A stretch of DNA of 64,000 nt from a virus. The DNA lies in the IMG/VR virus record IMGVR_UViG_3300046004_000818, positions 1-64,000 of that record. The stretch is one strand, 5' to 3'. The notes below the pieces were generated by a model that did no database searches, was not told the DNA's origin, and saw only the letters and a list, made by a program, of their open reading frames with translations. Below, piece after piece: positions 26,601 through 37,468 of the stretch; position 1 is the first letter of the stretch, and every line of letters begins with the position of its first letter. The translations under genes and the position numbers were made by a program.

Positions 26601-29600
26601 TGCAGGAGCTTGGGTAGACGCAGAAAGCGCTAGAGATAAAGCTTTACGGAAAGAGAAGGAGGCTACTGAGACTTCCATAGCTGCTTTAAGAGCTAAGGCT
26701 GACCAGACTAAATCCTCTATGGAAGCAGAGTTGGAGCGTCTTACTAAGTCTAATCAACTACGGTCTGAGGGAGCTACTCAACATGAGGCTGACCAAAAAC
26801 TATTTGGTGAAGCAGCTAAATCACGTATAGAGCAACTCCACAAGGAGAACCTGAGCTTGATAGCTAAGCGTTCACTTTTGGAAGAGATACAGTTGCTTGA
26901 GACTAACCACATGACTGTAGATGCTGGTGGTAACACTACCGCAGCTAAGTCAGTGGCAGAGATAGCCTTTGAGGTGTCGGCTAGGCAAGCCAAAGCTATA
27001 GCCGCAGAAACTGCAGCATACCAAGCTGAGATAACTGCTGTTGACGCCTTAGTAGAGAAGCTAAGACTTGCTTATGTGGAAAAGGCTAGACTGGACAAAG
27101 TGAAGCCTAAGCCTCAAGGTCCAGATTCGGCAGACTTCCCTTCTGGTGGCAGATTTGGAGGCGGGGGTAAAGGCAAGCCTGATGGCACTAAATCAGAGCT
27201 TGAAAGCCTCATCGCTTCCATAGAGAAGTTTAATAGTGTTTCAGACGCTATGGCTGAGTCTAGCAAGAAAGCTACAGAAGCCCAGACGTTTGAAGCAGGT
27301 AGCATGGCTACCTTGCACAAGATAACCAATAACTACACTGGAGACAAGGCTAAACTGGTTGAGGTGGAAAACTCTATAGCTGCAGCAGCAGAACGCCGTA
27401 AAGCCATACAAGCTGACAATTCAGGTGCTAGCTATATAGCCTCTTTGCAGAACCTAAACAACGAGCTAGATAAGCAGGTAGAGACTCACGCTAAACTAAC
27501 CGCTGCCGAGAAGATTGCAGAGGCCAGCAAGAAGGGTCTTCAGGAAGGTACTATCGCCTTGACCTATTGGGAAAAGGTATATGCAGAAGCTCTTATGGAT
27601 AGGGCCAAGGCCTTGGAGAAGCTGAGAGGCCTAGAGGCCCAAGCAGCTAAAGCAGGTGGAGAACTGAAGACAGCCACATCTAATGCAAAAGTGTATATGG
27701 ATACGCTTAAGCAACAACTGCAAGCTGAGACAGAGTTGGAAGCGGCTAGGGATGCAGCTATCCAAAAAGGTCCACAGTTCGTGGCTAGACTAGAAGCAGA
27801 AACTGCAGCTAGGTCAAAGAATGCTGGCAGTATTGTCAAATTGACTGAGAAGATAGACGCACTCAAACTTAAAGAGAGAGAACTTAAAGCTGAGAAAGGT
27901 GTGTTGTCTCCAGAAGATTTGAAGACATTGAAAGAAGCAGAAGACCAGCTAAGTGAAATGACAACTGATCTTGATGAGATTATCAAGAAGGCAGGGGAGC
28001 TGGCTGAGAAGAAGTGGCTCACTATAGACCGTGACCGTATAGCTGGTGATCTAGCTGGTGCAGTAATGACTGGTTTAACTACAGGTGGTCAAGAGGGTGC
28101 CAGAGCCTTACGTGATATTTTGGTCAAGGAGTTTATTACCAACCCTATCCAAGTATGGATCAAGGCTACTATCAGTGAGATTATGGGAGGTAGCTCTACA
28201 GGTAATGGCCTCACCAACTCATCAGGCGGTTCTCTCACAGGCTTCAAGTCTGTTGACTCCATCCTTGGTGCTGCTAATAAGATGGCAGACACTTATCTGC
28301 ACGGTGCTAGTAAGTCCTTGGGTGGCTTCGCTACATCTAGCATTGGTGAGTCCCTTGGTCTAAGCTCTAGGGCCGAAGATATGATGGGCAACACTATGGG
28401 CAACAGCCTGACCACGGCAGGAGAGCTTTTCCAAGCTATGCCCATCGGTGGTATGATTACTGCCTACACTAAAGGTGGAGCATCAGGCTTCCTGCAAGGT
28501 GCTGCTAACATCGGTATATCTGGTGCTGTCACTGGCGGCCTAGCTGCTGCCAGTGCTGGTACAGGTGTAGCTGCTGGTGCTATGAGTGGGGCTGGTGCAG
28601 CCTTGTCTGCTGTACCCGGTTGGGGTTGGGCTATCATGGCAGGACTTGCTATCCTTGGCAATAAGGGTGAGTATGTCAAGTCTACTGGTGCTTCTGAGCA
28701 GACATTTGCCCAAGACGGTACAAGCACTATAGCCGCGCAAAGTGGTGACCATCCGTTTGGTGGCGGTCTGAATGCTGGAGCAGAAGCTAATGCATCAGCC
28801 GACAAGATCACAACAGGTATGTATAATACCTACACTGATGTAGCTAAGGCACTTGGCATAGGTGTTAAGGATGTTAAATTCTCCTACGGGCAGAACAACT
28901 CAGATGGAGGCAAGACTTCCATCGGTGGTGGTAGCTACACCTCTATGGAGTTTAAGACCAGTGATGAAGCGATCAAGCTAGAGGCATCTAGAGCTGTGCT
29001 AGCAGCCTTGAAGGACTCTGATCTACCCACATACCTATCTGGTATGTTTGACAACATAGACCTGTCTGCCCTGTCTCAAGTAGACGCTGACAGGCTTATG
29101 CAAGATGCTAAGGGCTTCAAGGCTATAGCTGATGCTGCTGACTCCCTACCATTCAACAGTCTTACCAAAGCCAGCCATGCTACACTGGTAGCTTTGACCG
29201 CTGCTTCTGGAGGCTTGGATAAACTTACATCGAACCTTACCAGCTACTACGCTAACTACTACACTGATGCTGAGCGTAACGCTAAGTCTACTAACAGTTT
29301 GGGAGACGAGTTTAAGAAGCTAGGTCTGGAGATGCCTAAGACTAAGCAAGCGTTTAGAGAGCTTGTTGAAGCACAAGACCTGACTACCGAATCAGGTAGA
29401 AAGGCTGCTGCTGGACTCTACACCTTGAATGATGTGTTTGCCAAGACTGTAGTGGACACTGGTCAACTGGCTTTGGATGCTGCTATCAAAGCTGCAGAAG
29501 CTGCCACAGAGTCTATGGACATAACTAGGGTTACGGCCTCTGTACTTCCAGCTACTGTTAGAGAGTACACAGCTTACTCTAAACTGCTGGCTAGTGGTGC

Positions 29601-30276
29601 AAGCATAACTCAGAGAGCCTTGAACTTCGACGGTTCAGTAGCTCAAGCTACAGCACTGTCTAGCTCTATGCAGTCTATGTTCTCTGCCTCCTTGGAACTG
29701 GTCACCCAGATCAAGGAGCAGGCTCTGGTTGCTAGTGAAACCTTTGCTGCTTCTCGCGCCACTGTGTTACTAGATACCTTGAGCATAGACCAGAAGTATG
29801 CTTACTGGGATTCCAAGTGGAACACAGACATGGAGGCGCTAAAGACTGCTATAGATCCAGTAGACATTAAGCTGTTAGCTGCTGATGTTAACAAGTCTAT
29901 CATGAGTGGTTGGGCCTTGCTAACTGCAGAACAGAAGCTGGGCAGTCGTGCAGAGTTTGATAAACTACTGGCTGATGCTAATACCTTGGTGGCTGATCGG
30001 TACGATACTGCAGAAGGTAGTGTAGACACATCAACTAATGAGGCACTTGTAAGCACACTAAGCTCTGTTCTTGCAGATGATGCTGCAGCACGTAAAGCTA
30101 CTAACGCTCAGTTGGCTGAGATACTTCGGATAGGTACCTCTGCTATCGTAGAAGCTGCTGCTGTTCTTCGGGATGCGGCTGCTAAGCCTAAGCAAGTTGA
30201 GGTCACAGTGACTACACAGAGAGCAGCAACAAGTGAGGTAACCTATACTGGTTATGATTTTGGAGGTAATGGCTAA
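23665..30276 (+). CDS. Tape measure protein
   Basis: About 2200 aa, Ala-rich and helical; TP901-like core (GIQGSAAGTSVRN); follows the chaperones; likely start ATG 23665. Confidence 0.92.
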   Translation: MSDNIGLQLDPPKGVTETITALTELVTAVNGAEKKLNNNTNFGKLGIEEALAKLPKSLGAVATALKAAMYSVNQVLTGGNAETVDIVRSVNRAIQQVFEQRLAVVGTMTDREIASWRKYGVSINGLQKAQLADNKANVAALVAARSEFVAIATAADSRMNAGGLTYDKARDTAEANAYKNRLAQALIFDKSREAAMVAAAANFQNIATASNEKMLSQAMIFDKARDAQLARSYDTQLAQALVYDRARDAQMAKSYETQLSQALLFDKARDAQIAKSYEDKLAQALLYDKARDAQVAKSYETQLAQALTYDRARDAQIAKAYETKLAQALIYDKVRDAQIAKSYETQLAQAMIFDKARDAQIAKSYETRLTQALAFDKARDAQLAKSYETQLAQALIYDKARDAQIAKSYETRAAQALAYDKARDAQIAKSYETRMAKELAAIKMQEELDKLSYEKRLAFMAKFNAAVANGKAFGGINFTSMEAAISGISRGFGGIATTIAHLIPFVTAFVTAATTLKTLKVGAEFEQSLFVIKELAGNSTEEVKGLSDSMLELSKTGVYGPLQMAKGLEILTLAGLNAKDAFTALQPTLNFSLAGGVNLDAAASTLVAVATAYGYSAEAFSTVGDMIAKTAADSMASVQGLTESFKAASVVAQLYGVSLEDTSYMLKSLAQIGIQGSAAGTSVRNFYTEITKQSGKAFETLKKLKVEIYDTEGLKSTLEIFKELALSMDNLDKRSKQAAMAALTNERGGKTGIGVMETARTDIIKELNKQEREHNQLTGENITLTTTATLSLKQLSDGYDSLIAKQKKFAKEAAGFTFLAALENQLTTMGSYKGLLASLEGDFARAFGVASDSVFLLSVELRKALNSDEFNAALQTLTGALIGMATSFAKAVSYINTNTTETVAAVAILGTVFTAVGIASNAAAIGIDLATISLTGVSLAIEGTTVQLGVMNTVFALGPGKILLLIASIGLLVYEIGKIAGAWVDAESARDKALRKEKEATETSIAALRAKADQTKSSMEAELERLTKSNQLRSEGATQHEADQKLFGEAAKSRIEQLHKENLSLIAKRSLLEEIQLLETNHMTVDAGGNTTAAKSVAEIAFEVSARQAKAIAAETAAYQAEITAVDALVEKLRLAYVEKARLDKVKPKPQGPDSADFPSGGRFGGGGKGKPDGTKSELESLIASIEKFNSVSDAMAESSKKATEAQTFEAGSMATLHKITNNYTGDKAKLVEVENSIAAAAERRKAIQADNSGASYIASLQNLNNELDKQVETHAKLTAAEKIAEASKKGLQEGTIALTYWEKVYAEALMDRAKALEKLRGLEAQAAKAGGELKTATSNAKVYMDTLKQQLQAETELEAARDAAIQKGPQFVARLEAETAARSKNAGSIVKLTEKIDALKLKERELKAEKGVLSPEDLKTLKEAEDQLSEMTTDLDEIIKKAGELAEKKWLTIDRDRIAGDLAGAVMTGLTTGGQEGARALRDILVKEFITNPIQVWIKATISEIMGGSSTGNGLTNSSGGSLTGFKSVDSILGAANKMADTYLHGASKSLGGFATSSIGESLGLSSRAEDMMGNTMGNSLTTAGELFQAMPIGGMITAYTKGGASGFLQGAANIGISGAVTGGLAAASAGTGVAAGAMSGAGAALSAVPGWGWAIMAGLAILGNKGEYVKSTGASEQTFAQDGTSTIAAQSGDHPFGGGLNAGAEANASADKITTGMYNTYTDVAKALGIGVKDVKFSYGQNNSDGGKTSIGGGSYTSMEFKTSDEAIKLEASRAVLAALKDSDLPTYLSGMFDNIDLSALSQVDADRLMQDAKGFKAIADAADSLPFNSLTKASHATLVALTAASGGLDKLTSNLTSYYANYYTDAERNAKSTNSLGDEFKKLGLEMPKTKQAFRELVEAQDLTTESGRKAAAGLYTLNDVFAKTVVDTGQLALDAAIKAAEAATESMDITRVTASVLPATVREYTAYSKLLASGASITQRALNFDGSVAQATALSSSMQSMFSASLELVTQIKEQALVASETFAASRATVLLDTLSIDQKYAYWDSKWNTDMEALKTAIDPVDIKLLAADVNKSIMSGWALLTAEQKLGSRAEFDKLLADANTLVADRYDTAEGSVDTSTNEALVSTLSSVLADDAAARKATNAQLAEILRIGTSAIVEAAAVLRDAAAKPKQVEVTVTTQRAATSEVTYTGYDFGGNG
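24325..24984 (+). repeat. Ten tandem 66-bp (22-aa) repeats within the tape measure gene
   Basis: (Y/F)DKARDAQIAKSYETQLAQAL(I) x10. Confidence 0.92.
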
Positions 30277-30794
30277 TGAGAGTGCTAACGTCAGGGCTTA
30301 TAGCAGAGCTAGGCTTGATAATCACTAGACCGGGGTACTTGGTCAGTATCGGCTTCGATACGACCTTGTATATGTCCAGCCTAGGGACAGTTACTTGGGA
30401 CGGACATACGTGGATAGCTGATGACATAAAGGTAGAAGCCTTGGTTAGAGAGCAGAGTGTGGTTAAGTCAGCCCAGATAAGTATAGGTAACCTGGAGAGT
30501 ACCTATACTTCACTGATACTTAATCAGGGTATCTCTGATAAACCTGTATCCATCTATTCTGTCTACGCAGGGGCACCGACTGAAACAGTTCTTGAGTTTA
30601 GCGGGGTTGGTGATTCAGCAGAGATTGGTGATAGAATCGTACTCAATCTTATCGGGGAAGCTACCCAAAATAGTTTCGCACCTCGTAGAAGAATTGGCCC
30701 TGCTGTAGGTATCAATCAAATATTACCAGCAAATACTGTAATTGATCTAGGTGGTTTAGGTTTACCGTACATACTTGAGAAGTACTCAATCTAA
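30276..30794 (+). CDS. Minor tail/tail tip protein
   Basis: Directly after the tape measure gene; VTWDGHTW motif. Confidence 0.55.
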   Translation: MRVLTSGLIAELGLIITRPGYLVSIGFDTTLYMSSLGTVTWDGHTWIADDIKVEALVREQSVVKSAQISIGNLESTYTSLILNQGISDKPVSIYSVYAGAPTETVLEFSGVGDSAEIGDRIVLNLIGEATQNSFAPRRRIGPAVGINQILPANTVIDLGGLGLPYILEKYSI

Positions 30795-31117
30795 TGGCTT
30801 ACCCTACACTCAACATATCCTACGGGGCTACTCAAGACCTGCAAACGGATAGGCAGATAGAACGAGCTACCAACGGCTCCGTTCGTGGACGGATATTCTA
30901 TACAGCGCCTAAATCTGTTTTCAGGTTTAACCATGAGTTCTTGACTCCTGCACAGCTAACGACATTTAAGGCATTCCATTTAGCCAACCTAACCTCTAGC
31001 TTCTCTTTTCTCTGGCCTGAGGGGGCAGTTACATATACCTGCATATTTGGCTCAGAGCCAAAGTATACGCCCACAGCATATGGTGCGCTGGTTAGTGTAG
31101 AACTATTGGAGATATAG
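30794..31117 (+). CDS. Minor tail (distal tail-like) protein
   Basis: SFSFLWP..YTCIF motif; position. Confidence 0.55.
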   Translation: MAYPTLNISYGATQDLQTDRQIERATNGSVRGRIFYTAPKSVFRFNHEFLTPAQLTTFKAFHLANLTSSFSFLWPEGAVTYTCIFGSEPKYTPTAYGALVSVELLEI

Positions 31118-34100
31118 TGGCAAGCTTATTCGGATTCCCTCCCTTGGTTTGGCAGGTGCCAGTAACACCTTCGTCTACGCTCAACGCTTCTGCTACTCCT
31201 ACCGCAGAAGCTAACATGCAAGTTGCTGCATCTTATGCACCTATCCGTGTGATATACGGAACTGTAAGGCTTGGTGCACAAGTTGTCAATGTAGTTGATT
31301 ACGGTGGTTACTGGTATGTACAGGTGGTGTGGGGTGAAGGTCCAATCACAGCTATCAGTGCTGTGATGTTCAACGATGCAGACCCCAACGATCCAGCTAA
31401 GGGTGCGACCTGTGTGGTAACTAACTACTCAGGCACCTCTGGTCAGTTGGTTAATGCTGATCTAGTGGCGGCCTTCGCTGCTAAGGGTGTTGTATATACA
31501 GACACTCTTCCCGATATTGCCTACAGTGTATTGCGTATATCCAAGGCTGGTACCAGTGGGATGCCTACTGTTACGGCCTTGATCCAAGGTCGTGCAGTCT
31601 ATGATCCTCGCACTACACTCACAGCTTACAGTGACAACCCTGCTTTGATCGTTGCAGACTTCGTTACCAATAGCGTCTATGGTATGGGACTTACTGTAGA
31701 TTGGCCCAGTGTCACTACAGTTGCAAATCTATGCGATGCTATAGTTGGCAGTGAAAAGCGTCGTAGGTTGAGCCTAGCCTTGGACACCGTTCAGCCTGTG
31801 TCTACGTGGCTGGATACTCTGGCTACCTATGCAGGTTGCTGGGCCTTGAAAGAGGGTACGAAAGTCACCTTGATACCAGATTCGACAGTTGGAGTTAGCC
31901 GTACCTACGCTCACGCTTCAGGCCAGATAGCTAAACTGACAGCGTTGAAGCAACGAGGCATAGCTGCTATGCCTACAGCTATAGAGATAAGGTATACAGA
32001 CACCACTGCCATACCTTGGAAGGACGCTTCCCAATGGGCTTATTTGCCCGGTGTGCTGGCTGGCACCTATCCGCGCCGCGAGTCGCAGATTGCCTTGCCG
32101 GGGATACAGTCCCCTTCCCAAGCGTATCGGGAGGCTGTAGAGCGTTTGAACAAGCTGACAAACGCTGATCTATCGTGTACGTTAGAGGTATTTGATGAGT
32201 CCCTTGACTTACAGCCCGGTGATAGAGTGCAGGTTACACACCCTATAGGTCTGACTGCTAAAGATTTCAGGGTACAGCGTGTAACTTCTAACTATGGCAG
32301 ACACAAGCTAGACCTACTTGAGTATGACCCAAGTGTGTACTCTAACGCCATAGTGGTTGGTTCGTCTACACCTAATACGCTACTACCTGATCCGATGATC
32401 CCCCCAACTGCCATCACAGGCTTGGCGGCGGTAGAGACTATCTACAAGGCTGGTGACGGTACTGTGTCTTCCAGACTTAGTATTGCTTGGGATACTTTGT
32501 CAGACATTTGGCAGATACGCTACAGTGTCACTCTTTACCGTATGGATGATGCCATAGGCGGTGGGCTGCTTAAGGTAATCAATGGTTATAGTGATGTTAA
32601 CAGCTTCGTGTTTGCACCACTTGAAGATAACTACTATTACCGTGTAGAAGTAATAGCTGAACGTGTGCGTACAGGTGTGCAAAGTGCTGTGGCTACCACA
32701 GTCGTGCAAGCACTTGGTAAGCTATTGCCGCCAGCCAATGTTACTGGATTTACAGCTACAGCAGGTAAGTCTGGACTGGTACTGAACTGGTCCCCTGTGG
32801 TTGACATAGACATGAAGGGGTATCGTCTTAAATCTGGTTCGTGGGCAGGTACTACGCTATATGATGTAACATCTACATCCGTAAACCTTGGTTATGTGGT
32901 GGCAGGAACTACTAACTACTATATCAAGGCCCTTGATTTTTCGGGTAACGAGTCTACAGCTACTGCAACTGTAAGCAGTACAATCACTGCACCAGTTGCA
33001 GTAACTGGGCTTAGCTCTACTGTAGATACAGCTACTGTCTTGCTTACATGGAACCCTAGTAGTGCTATCTGGCCTATTGATCGCTATGAGGTTAGGTATG
33101 GTACATCGTGGGCAGCAGGTACTACTGTAGCCACACTCAATGATACTAACTGCAGGGTATCAGCATCTTGGGCAGGTTCGAGTAGGACATTCTGGGTTAG
33201 TGCTTATGACGCAGCAGGTAATATCTCCACAGCATCCAGCCGTGCTGTAGCTCTCACAAAGTACTCTCCGGTTACTACACTCGGAGTCACCCTTCTAGGT
33301 GCAGACTTAAAACTAACATGGTCAGCAGCTACTGGTGGCAGTCTAATGTTAGATTGCTACGAGATTCGGGTCGGCTCCACGTTCGCTGGAGCAGAACTTC
33401 TTGGTACGTCGTCCACAACGGCGTTCACAATCCCTTACCGCTGGAGTGCCAATCAAACATTTTGGATAGCCCCCAGAGATATGCTTGGTAATAATAGTTC
33501 TGGTACTGAGGCTAGTTCAGTCTTTAACTACAGTCTGCCAGCCGCACCAGCAGTAGCCTCTAAACTTATAGGTGTAAAAGCTGAACTGACTTGGACTACC
33601 CCAAGTGCTATTTTGCCTGTAGCAAAATACTCTGTTCGCTATGGCGCGTCATGGGCAGCAGGCGCTGCCACTGAAGTCTTAGTAGCAGTCACCAGTCTAC
33701 GTGTAGCTATTGACTGGGTTCCTGGCACTAGAACATACTATGTAGCCGCTATAGATGTGAATGGTAATGTTGGAACAGCGTCTGTCGGTACTGGTATTCT
33801 TCTTAACGCACCATACGCACCTACGATTGACACCGTGGCCTCATCTGTAGGAGGTGTGCTACTTGACCAATATCGTTTGGCTTGGGATGTGATAACCCCA
33901 GATACTACACAAGTACCTATAGATTACTACGTTATAGGTTATGATGCTGTTACCTTAGACAGGACGTTTAGTTCTACCTATATGGCTACGGCTGATTGGT
34001 CAGGGACCAGAACCTTCTGGGTGAAAGCTGTGGATGTGCTCGGTAACATTGGTCCTGACAGCAGCCAGACTTTAACCATTAACATACCTACTGCACCTAG

Positions 34101-35280
34101 CATAACCTCACAGGTTATTGACAACAATGTTCTGCTGTACTGGGCAGGTAGTACAGCTACATTGCCCATAGCCACTTACGAACTTCGTAAGGGTGCTTCA
34201 TGGGCTGGCGGTAGTTTGATAGGACAGAAGTCTGGGGGATTTACGACTGTGCTTGAGACAGCAGCAGGAACCTATACCTATTGGGTAGCTGCTATAGACT
34301 CTGCTGGAAATGTCGGTACTCCTTCTAGTCTGGTAGTCAGCGTATCGCAGCCTCCTGACTACATACTGAATACTGAATGGACTTCAAACTTTGGAGGCAC
34401 CAAGGTAAATGCTACCGTTGATACTGACGGAAGTTATCTATTTGGAGTAGATACTACAGAGACATGGCAGAGTCACTTCACTTCCAGAACTTGGGCTGGC
34501 CCCAATGATCAGGTAACAGATAGTACGCATGGTGGACCCTTCCCCTACTACATACAGCCGGGATTGCAGCCAGCAAGCTACACTGAAACTTTCAACTATG
34601 GAGCCATCCTGCCGGGTACAAAGGTAACAGTACTGACTGCTGGTGCAGCAGTCTCTGGAACTCCTGTGGTAAGTATAACCATATCTACAAGCCCTGACAG
34701 TACGACTTGGACTGATTACCCCGGTCTGTCATCTGTGTATGCTACAAACTTCCAGTATGTCAAGGTAGCCTTAACCTTCACAGGCGGCATATACGATCTT
34801 AGCTTGCTGCGGGTTACGTTGGACTCCAAGATCAAGAATGCCGCAGGTTCAAAGGCTTGCTTGTCTACAGATATACTAGGTACAGCTATAAATTTTAATG
34901 TGGAGTTTGTAGATGTTAGCGCCATTAACATAACTCCGTTAAGTACAACTGCGGTTACCGCTATGTACGACTACCTAGACGCTTATGTTGCTGGCACATA
35001 CTCAGTGGTATCCAATGTCTGCACAGTTACTACAGGTAGTGTTCACGGACTTGTAGTTGGGCAGAATGTAAAGCTTACAACTTCGACAGGTACTGGTATC
35101 AGTGCAGTCTACACAGTGGTTACCAGACCAAGCAGCACTCAGTTCACTGTGGCAATGACAACTGCAAACACTTCAGGAAATTTAACCACATACGCCCAAG
35201 GTTTCAGAGTATACTTGTTCGACGCTGCTGGCACCACAAGGCTCTCTAAGACCGTTTCGTGGGCTGTCCGAGGATACTAA
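31117..35280 (+). CDS. Tail tip/central fibre (gpJ-like) with FN3 repeats
   Basis: PIRVIYG, WGEGPI, GRAVYDPR, SDNPAL, LQPGDRV; repeated LTW..Y.VR.G.SW..G..Y.V.A.D..GN units. Confidence 0.88.
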   Translation: MASLFGFPPLVWQVPVTPSSTLNASATPTAEANMQVAASYAPIRVIYGTVRLGAQVVNVVDYGGYWYVQVVWGEGPITAISAVMFNDADPNDPAKGATCVVTNYSGTSGQLVNADLVAAFAAKGVVYTDTLPDIAYSVLRISKAGTSGMPTVTALIQGRAVYDPRTTLTAYSDNPALIVADFVTNSVYGMGLTVDWPSVTTVANLCDAIVGSEKRRRLSLALDTVQPVSTWLDTLATYAGCWALKEGTKVTLIPDSTVGVSRTYAHASGQIAKLTALKQRGIAAMPTAIEIRYTDTTAIPWKDASQWAYLPGVLAGTYPRRESQIALPGIQSPSQAYREAVERLNKLTNADLSCTLEVFDESLDLQPGDRVQVTHPIGLTAKDFRVQRVTSNYGRHKLDLLEYDPSVYSNAIVVGSSTPNTLLPDPMIPPTAITGLAAVETIYKAGDGTVSSRLSIAWDTLSDIWQIRYSVTLYRMDDAIGGGLLKVINGYSDVNSFVFAPLEDNYYYRVEVIAERVRTGVQSAVATTVVQALGKLLPPANVTGFTATAGKSGLVLNWSPVVDIDMKGYRLKSGSWAGTTLYDVTSTSVNLGYVVAGTTNYYIKALDFSGNESTATATVSSTITAPVAVTGLSSTVDTATVLLTWNPSSAIWPIDRYEVRYGTSWAAGTTVATLNDTNCRVSASWAGSSRTFWVSAYDAAGNISTASSRAVALTKYSPVTTLGVTLLGADLKLTWSAATGGSLMLDCYEIRVGSTFAGAELLGTSSTTAFTIPYRWSANQTFWIAPRDMLGNNSSGTEASSVFNYSLPAAPAVASKLIGVKAELTWTTPSAILPVAKYSVRYGASWAAGAATEVLVAVTSLRVAIDWVPGTRTYYVAAIDVNGNVGTASVGTGILLNAPYAPTIDTVASSVGGVLLDQYRLAWDVITPDTTQVPIDYYVIGYDAVTLDRTFSSTYMATADWSGTRTFWVKAVDVLGNIGPDSSQTLTINIPTAPSITSQVIDNNVLLYWAGSTATLPIATYELRKGASWAGGSLIGQKSGGFTTVLETAAGTYTYWVAAIDSAGNVGTPSSLVVSVSQPPDYILNTEWTSNFGGTKVNATVDTDGSYLFGVDTTETWQSHFTSRTWAGPNDQVTDSTHGGPFPYYIQPGLQPASYTETFNYGAILPGTKVTVLTAGAAVSGTPVVSITISTSPDSTTWTDYPGLSSVYATNFQYVKVALTFTGGIYDLSLLRVTLDSKIKNAAGSKACLSTDILGTAINFNVEFVDVSAINITPLSTTAVTAMYDYLDAYVAGTYSVVSNVCTVTTGSVHGLVVGQNVKLTTSTGTGISAVYTVVTRPSSTQFTVAMTTANTSGNLTTYAQGFRVYLFDAAGTTRLSKTVSWAVRGY

Positions 35281-36411
35281 ATGTCTGACCACTCTCTTCC
35301 TACACTAGCCTCAACGTATGCTAACTTCCTATCCCAATTAGGGAGTAGGCTTGATGACTCTGTTAAACAAAGTCGTTCAGACACTGTAACGCTTACTAAC
35401 CCTCCCGTAGGTACTGTTCGCTGGAACACAGCCACTTCCAAATGGGAGCATAACACAGGTACTGTTGGTGTGCCTGTCTGGTCTGCGTTAACTACTACCT
35501 ACGGTATCAACGTAGCTACTGCTAACGCTTGGGCAACTGGTAGAACCATAGCCACTACTGGTGATGCTACTGGTACCAGTGCAGCCTTCACTGGGGCAGC
35601 CAACCTCAGTTTCGCTCTCACACTTGCCACGGTAAATGCCAATGTAGGAGCCTTCGGCTCTGTCACTTCTGTGCCTGTCATCACTGTGAATGCTAAAGGT
35701 CTGGTGACTGCGGTAAGCACAGCAACACTTGGCAATATAGCTACACAAGCTGCAAGCTCTGTAGCAATCACTGGCGGTAGTATTACCAACGTCACCCACG
35801 GCACAGGAAACACTTGGAGTGGTACAGCCATACCTATCACCTATGGTGGTACAGGTGGTAGCACAGCTACTGGTACAGGCTCTGTAGTGCTTGCTACAAG
35901 TCCTACACTTGTAACTCCACTACTCGGCACACCCACTTCCGGTAACTTCTCAACTGGTACATTCACTTGGCCTACGTTCAATCAGAACACAACTGGTAGC
36001 AGCGCAAGCTGTACTGGTAATGCTGCCACTGCCTACGGCAAGGCTGAAGGAGCCCTGAGTGTACTTTACGCAGCTACATCAGGAACTGCTGGCAATATCA
36101 CAGGTGTAGCTGCTATCGCCAATGGTGGCAGCGGTGCTGCTTCTGGTAAATTGACTGCTACTATTAGTACAAACACTGCCGCAGTCAATGGTACTACATA
36201 CACATTCGCTGGTGTATGCGTCTTGACCCTAGCAGCAAGTCCTACTGTAGGTAATTGGGTCGGATTTAGCAACCCTACTACAGCTACTGGTGCTAGTATT
36301 GATCCTAATGGGAAGAAGATCATGAACACAACAGGTGTTATGTATCTGGACATAACAGCTGGTAGTACACTTGTTTATAGTGGTGCAACTTATGGGTGGG
36401 TCTTAATATGA
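35281..36411 (+). CDS. Tail fibre protein
   Basis: Thr/Gly/Ala-rich; ITVNAKGLVT and PTFNQNTTG fibre motifs. Confidence 0.7.
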   Translation: MSDHSLPTLASTYANFLSQLGSRLDDSVKQSRSDTVTLTNPPVGTVRWNTATSKWEHNTGTVGVPVWSALTTTYGINVATANAWATGRTIATTGDATGTSAAFTGAANLSFALTLATVNANVGAFGSVTSVPVITVNAKGLVTAVSTATLGNIATQAASSVAITGGSITNVTHGTGNTWSGTAIPITYGGTGGSTATGTGSVVLATSPTLVTPLLGTPTSGNFSTGTFTWPTFNQNTTGSSASCTGNAATAYGKAEGALSVLYAATSGTAGNITGVAAIANGGSGAASGKLTATISTNTAAVNGTTYTFAGVCVLTLAASPTVGNWVGFSNPTTATGASIDPNGKKIMNTTGVMYLDITAGSTLVYSGATYGWVLI

Positions 36412-37460
36412 GTAATTTATCAGATTTCCTTGGTGGAAATAGTGTAATCAAGGGTTACACTGAGTCAGCCATCATCAGTACATCACAGATAGTGACAGTA
36501 CCTGCTGGTACAAAGCGTATTGAGGCTTTGCTATGTGGTGGTGGCGGTGCTGGTGGTTATAATGGTGGTGGCTTTGGTGGCTTACAGGTGTACGCTATAC
36601 CTGTAACTGGGTCATCATTAGATGTAGTTATCGGTGCTGGCGGTAGTGGTAGTACTACCACTAGTGTTGGTAACCGTGGAGGTACCACTAAAGTATCCTC
36701 TAACGGTATTACTTACGCTGCTGTAGGGGGTGGCGGTGGTGGTTCATCCAGCAATGTGCTGAGTTCTGCCGATGGCAAGTTTGGAGGTAGTGGTGGCGGG
36801 TGTTCTTCATACACAAATGCAGGTTGCTCAGGGAGCAGTGGGGGTGCACCATTCAACCCACAGCTATTTTTGTTCAACCCCTTGGATTTGATAGACTATA
36901 ATCCAAATCTGTATAGTGGGGTACAGGCAAACTCCACAATCACTATGTGGAGTACTAACGCCTTCGCTTCTCGCCCTCCAGGGAGTCCAGCACTGACTAA
37001 CCTTACTGCTGGGTATGAGACAGGAGTCCACCCAAGTTCTTGTGGTATGGGGTATGGCGGTGGAGGGGGTATTGGTGGCACTACCAGTGGTAATTTTGTA
37101 AACTACCCCCCTGCCCAAGGAGGTGGTAGCGGCCATAGTGTCTATTATGCCTCTCTTCCCGGCAGTCTTGGTGGGGGTGGTGCATATGGTTACACGGGAG
37201 CTACTGCTGGTGCAGGAGGTAGTCTTACATCTATCATTGTGTGGGGACTTACAGGTCATGCTGGTGGTGCCGGTGGTACAGGATTCGCGTCTGCTGGTGG
37301 CGGTGGCGGTGGTGGTATGCTTGGAGTAGGTACTGCTGGTGTGTCAGCTAGTAATGGTGCTGGCGGTGCTGGCGGTGCTGGAGGCGGCGGCGGAGGTGGC
37401 GGTGCCACCTCTAACGCATCAGGCGGCAATGGCTTCGCACGTTTCCGTTTCTATTATTAA
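36408..37460 (+). CDS. Glycine-rich tail fibre-associated protein
   Basis: TVPAGTKRIEALLCGGGGAGG and multiple poly-Gly tracts; ATGA overlap. Confidence 0.7.
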   Translation: MSNLSDFLGGNSVIKGYTESAIISTSQIVTVPAGTKRIEALLCGGGGAGGYNGGGFGGLQVYAIPVTGSSLDVVIGAGGSGSTTTSVGNRGGTTKVSSNGITYAAVGGGGGGSSSNVLSSADGKFGGSGGGCSSYTNAGCSGSSGGAPFNPQLFLFNPLDLIDYNPNLYSGVQANSTITMWSTNAFASRPPGSPALTNLTAGYETGVHPSSCGMGYGGGGGIGGTTSGNFVNYPPAQGGGSGHSVYYASLPGSLGGGGAYGYTGATAGAGGSLTSIIVWGLTGHAGGAGGTGFASAGGGGGGGMLGVGTAGVSASNGAGGAGGAGGGGGGGGATSNASGGNGFARFRFYY

Positions 37461-37468
37461 GGACTGAT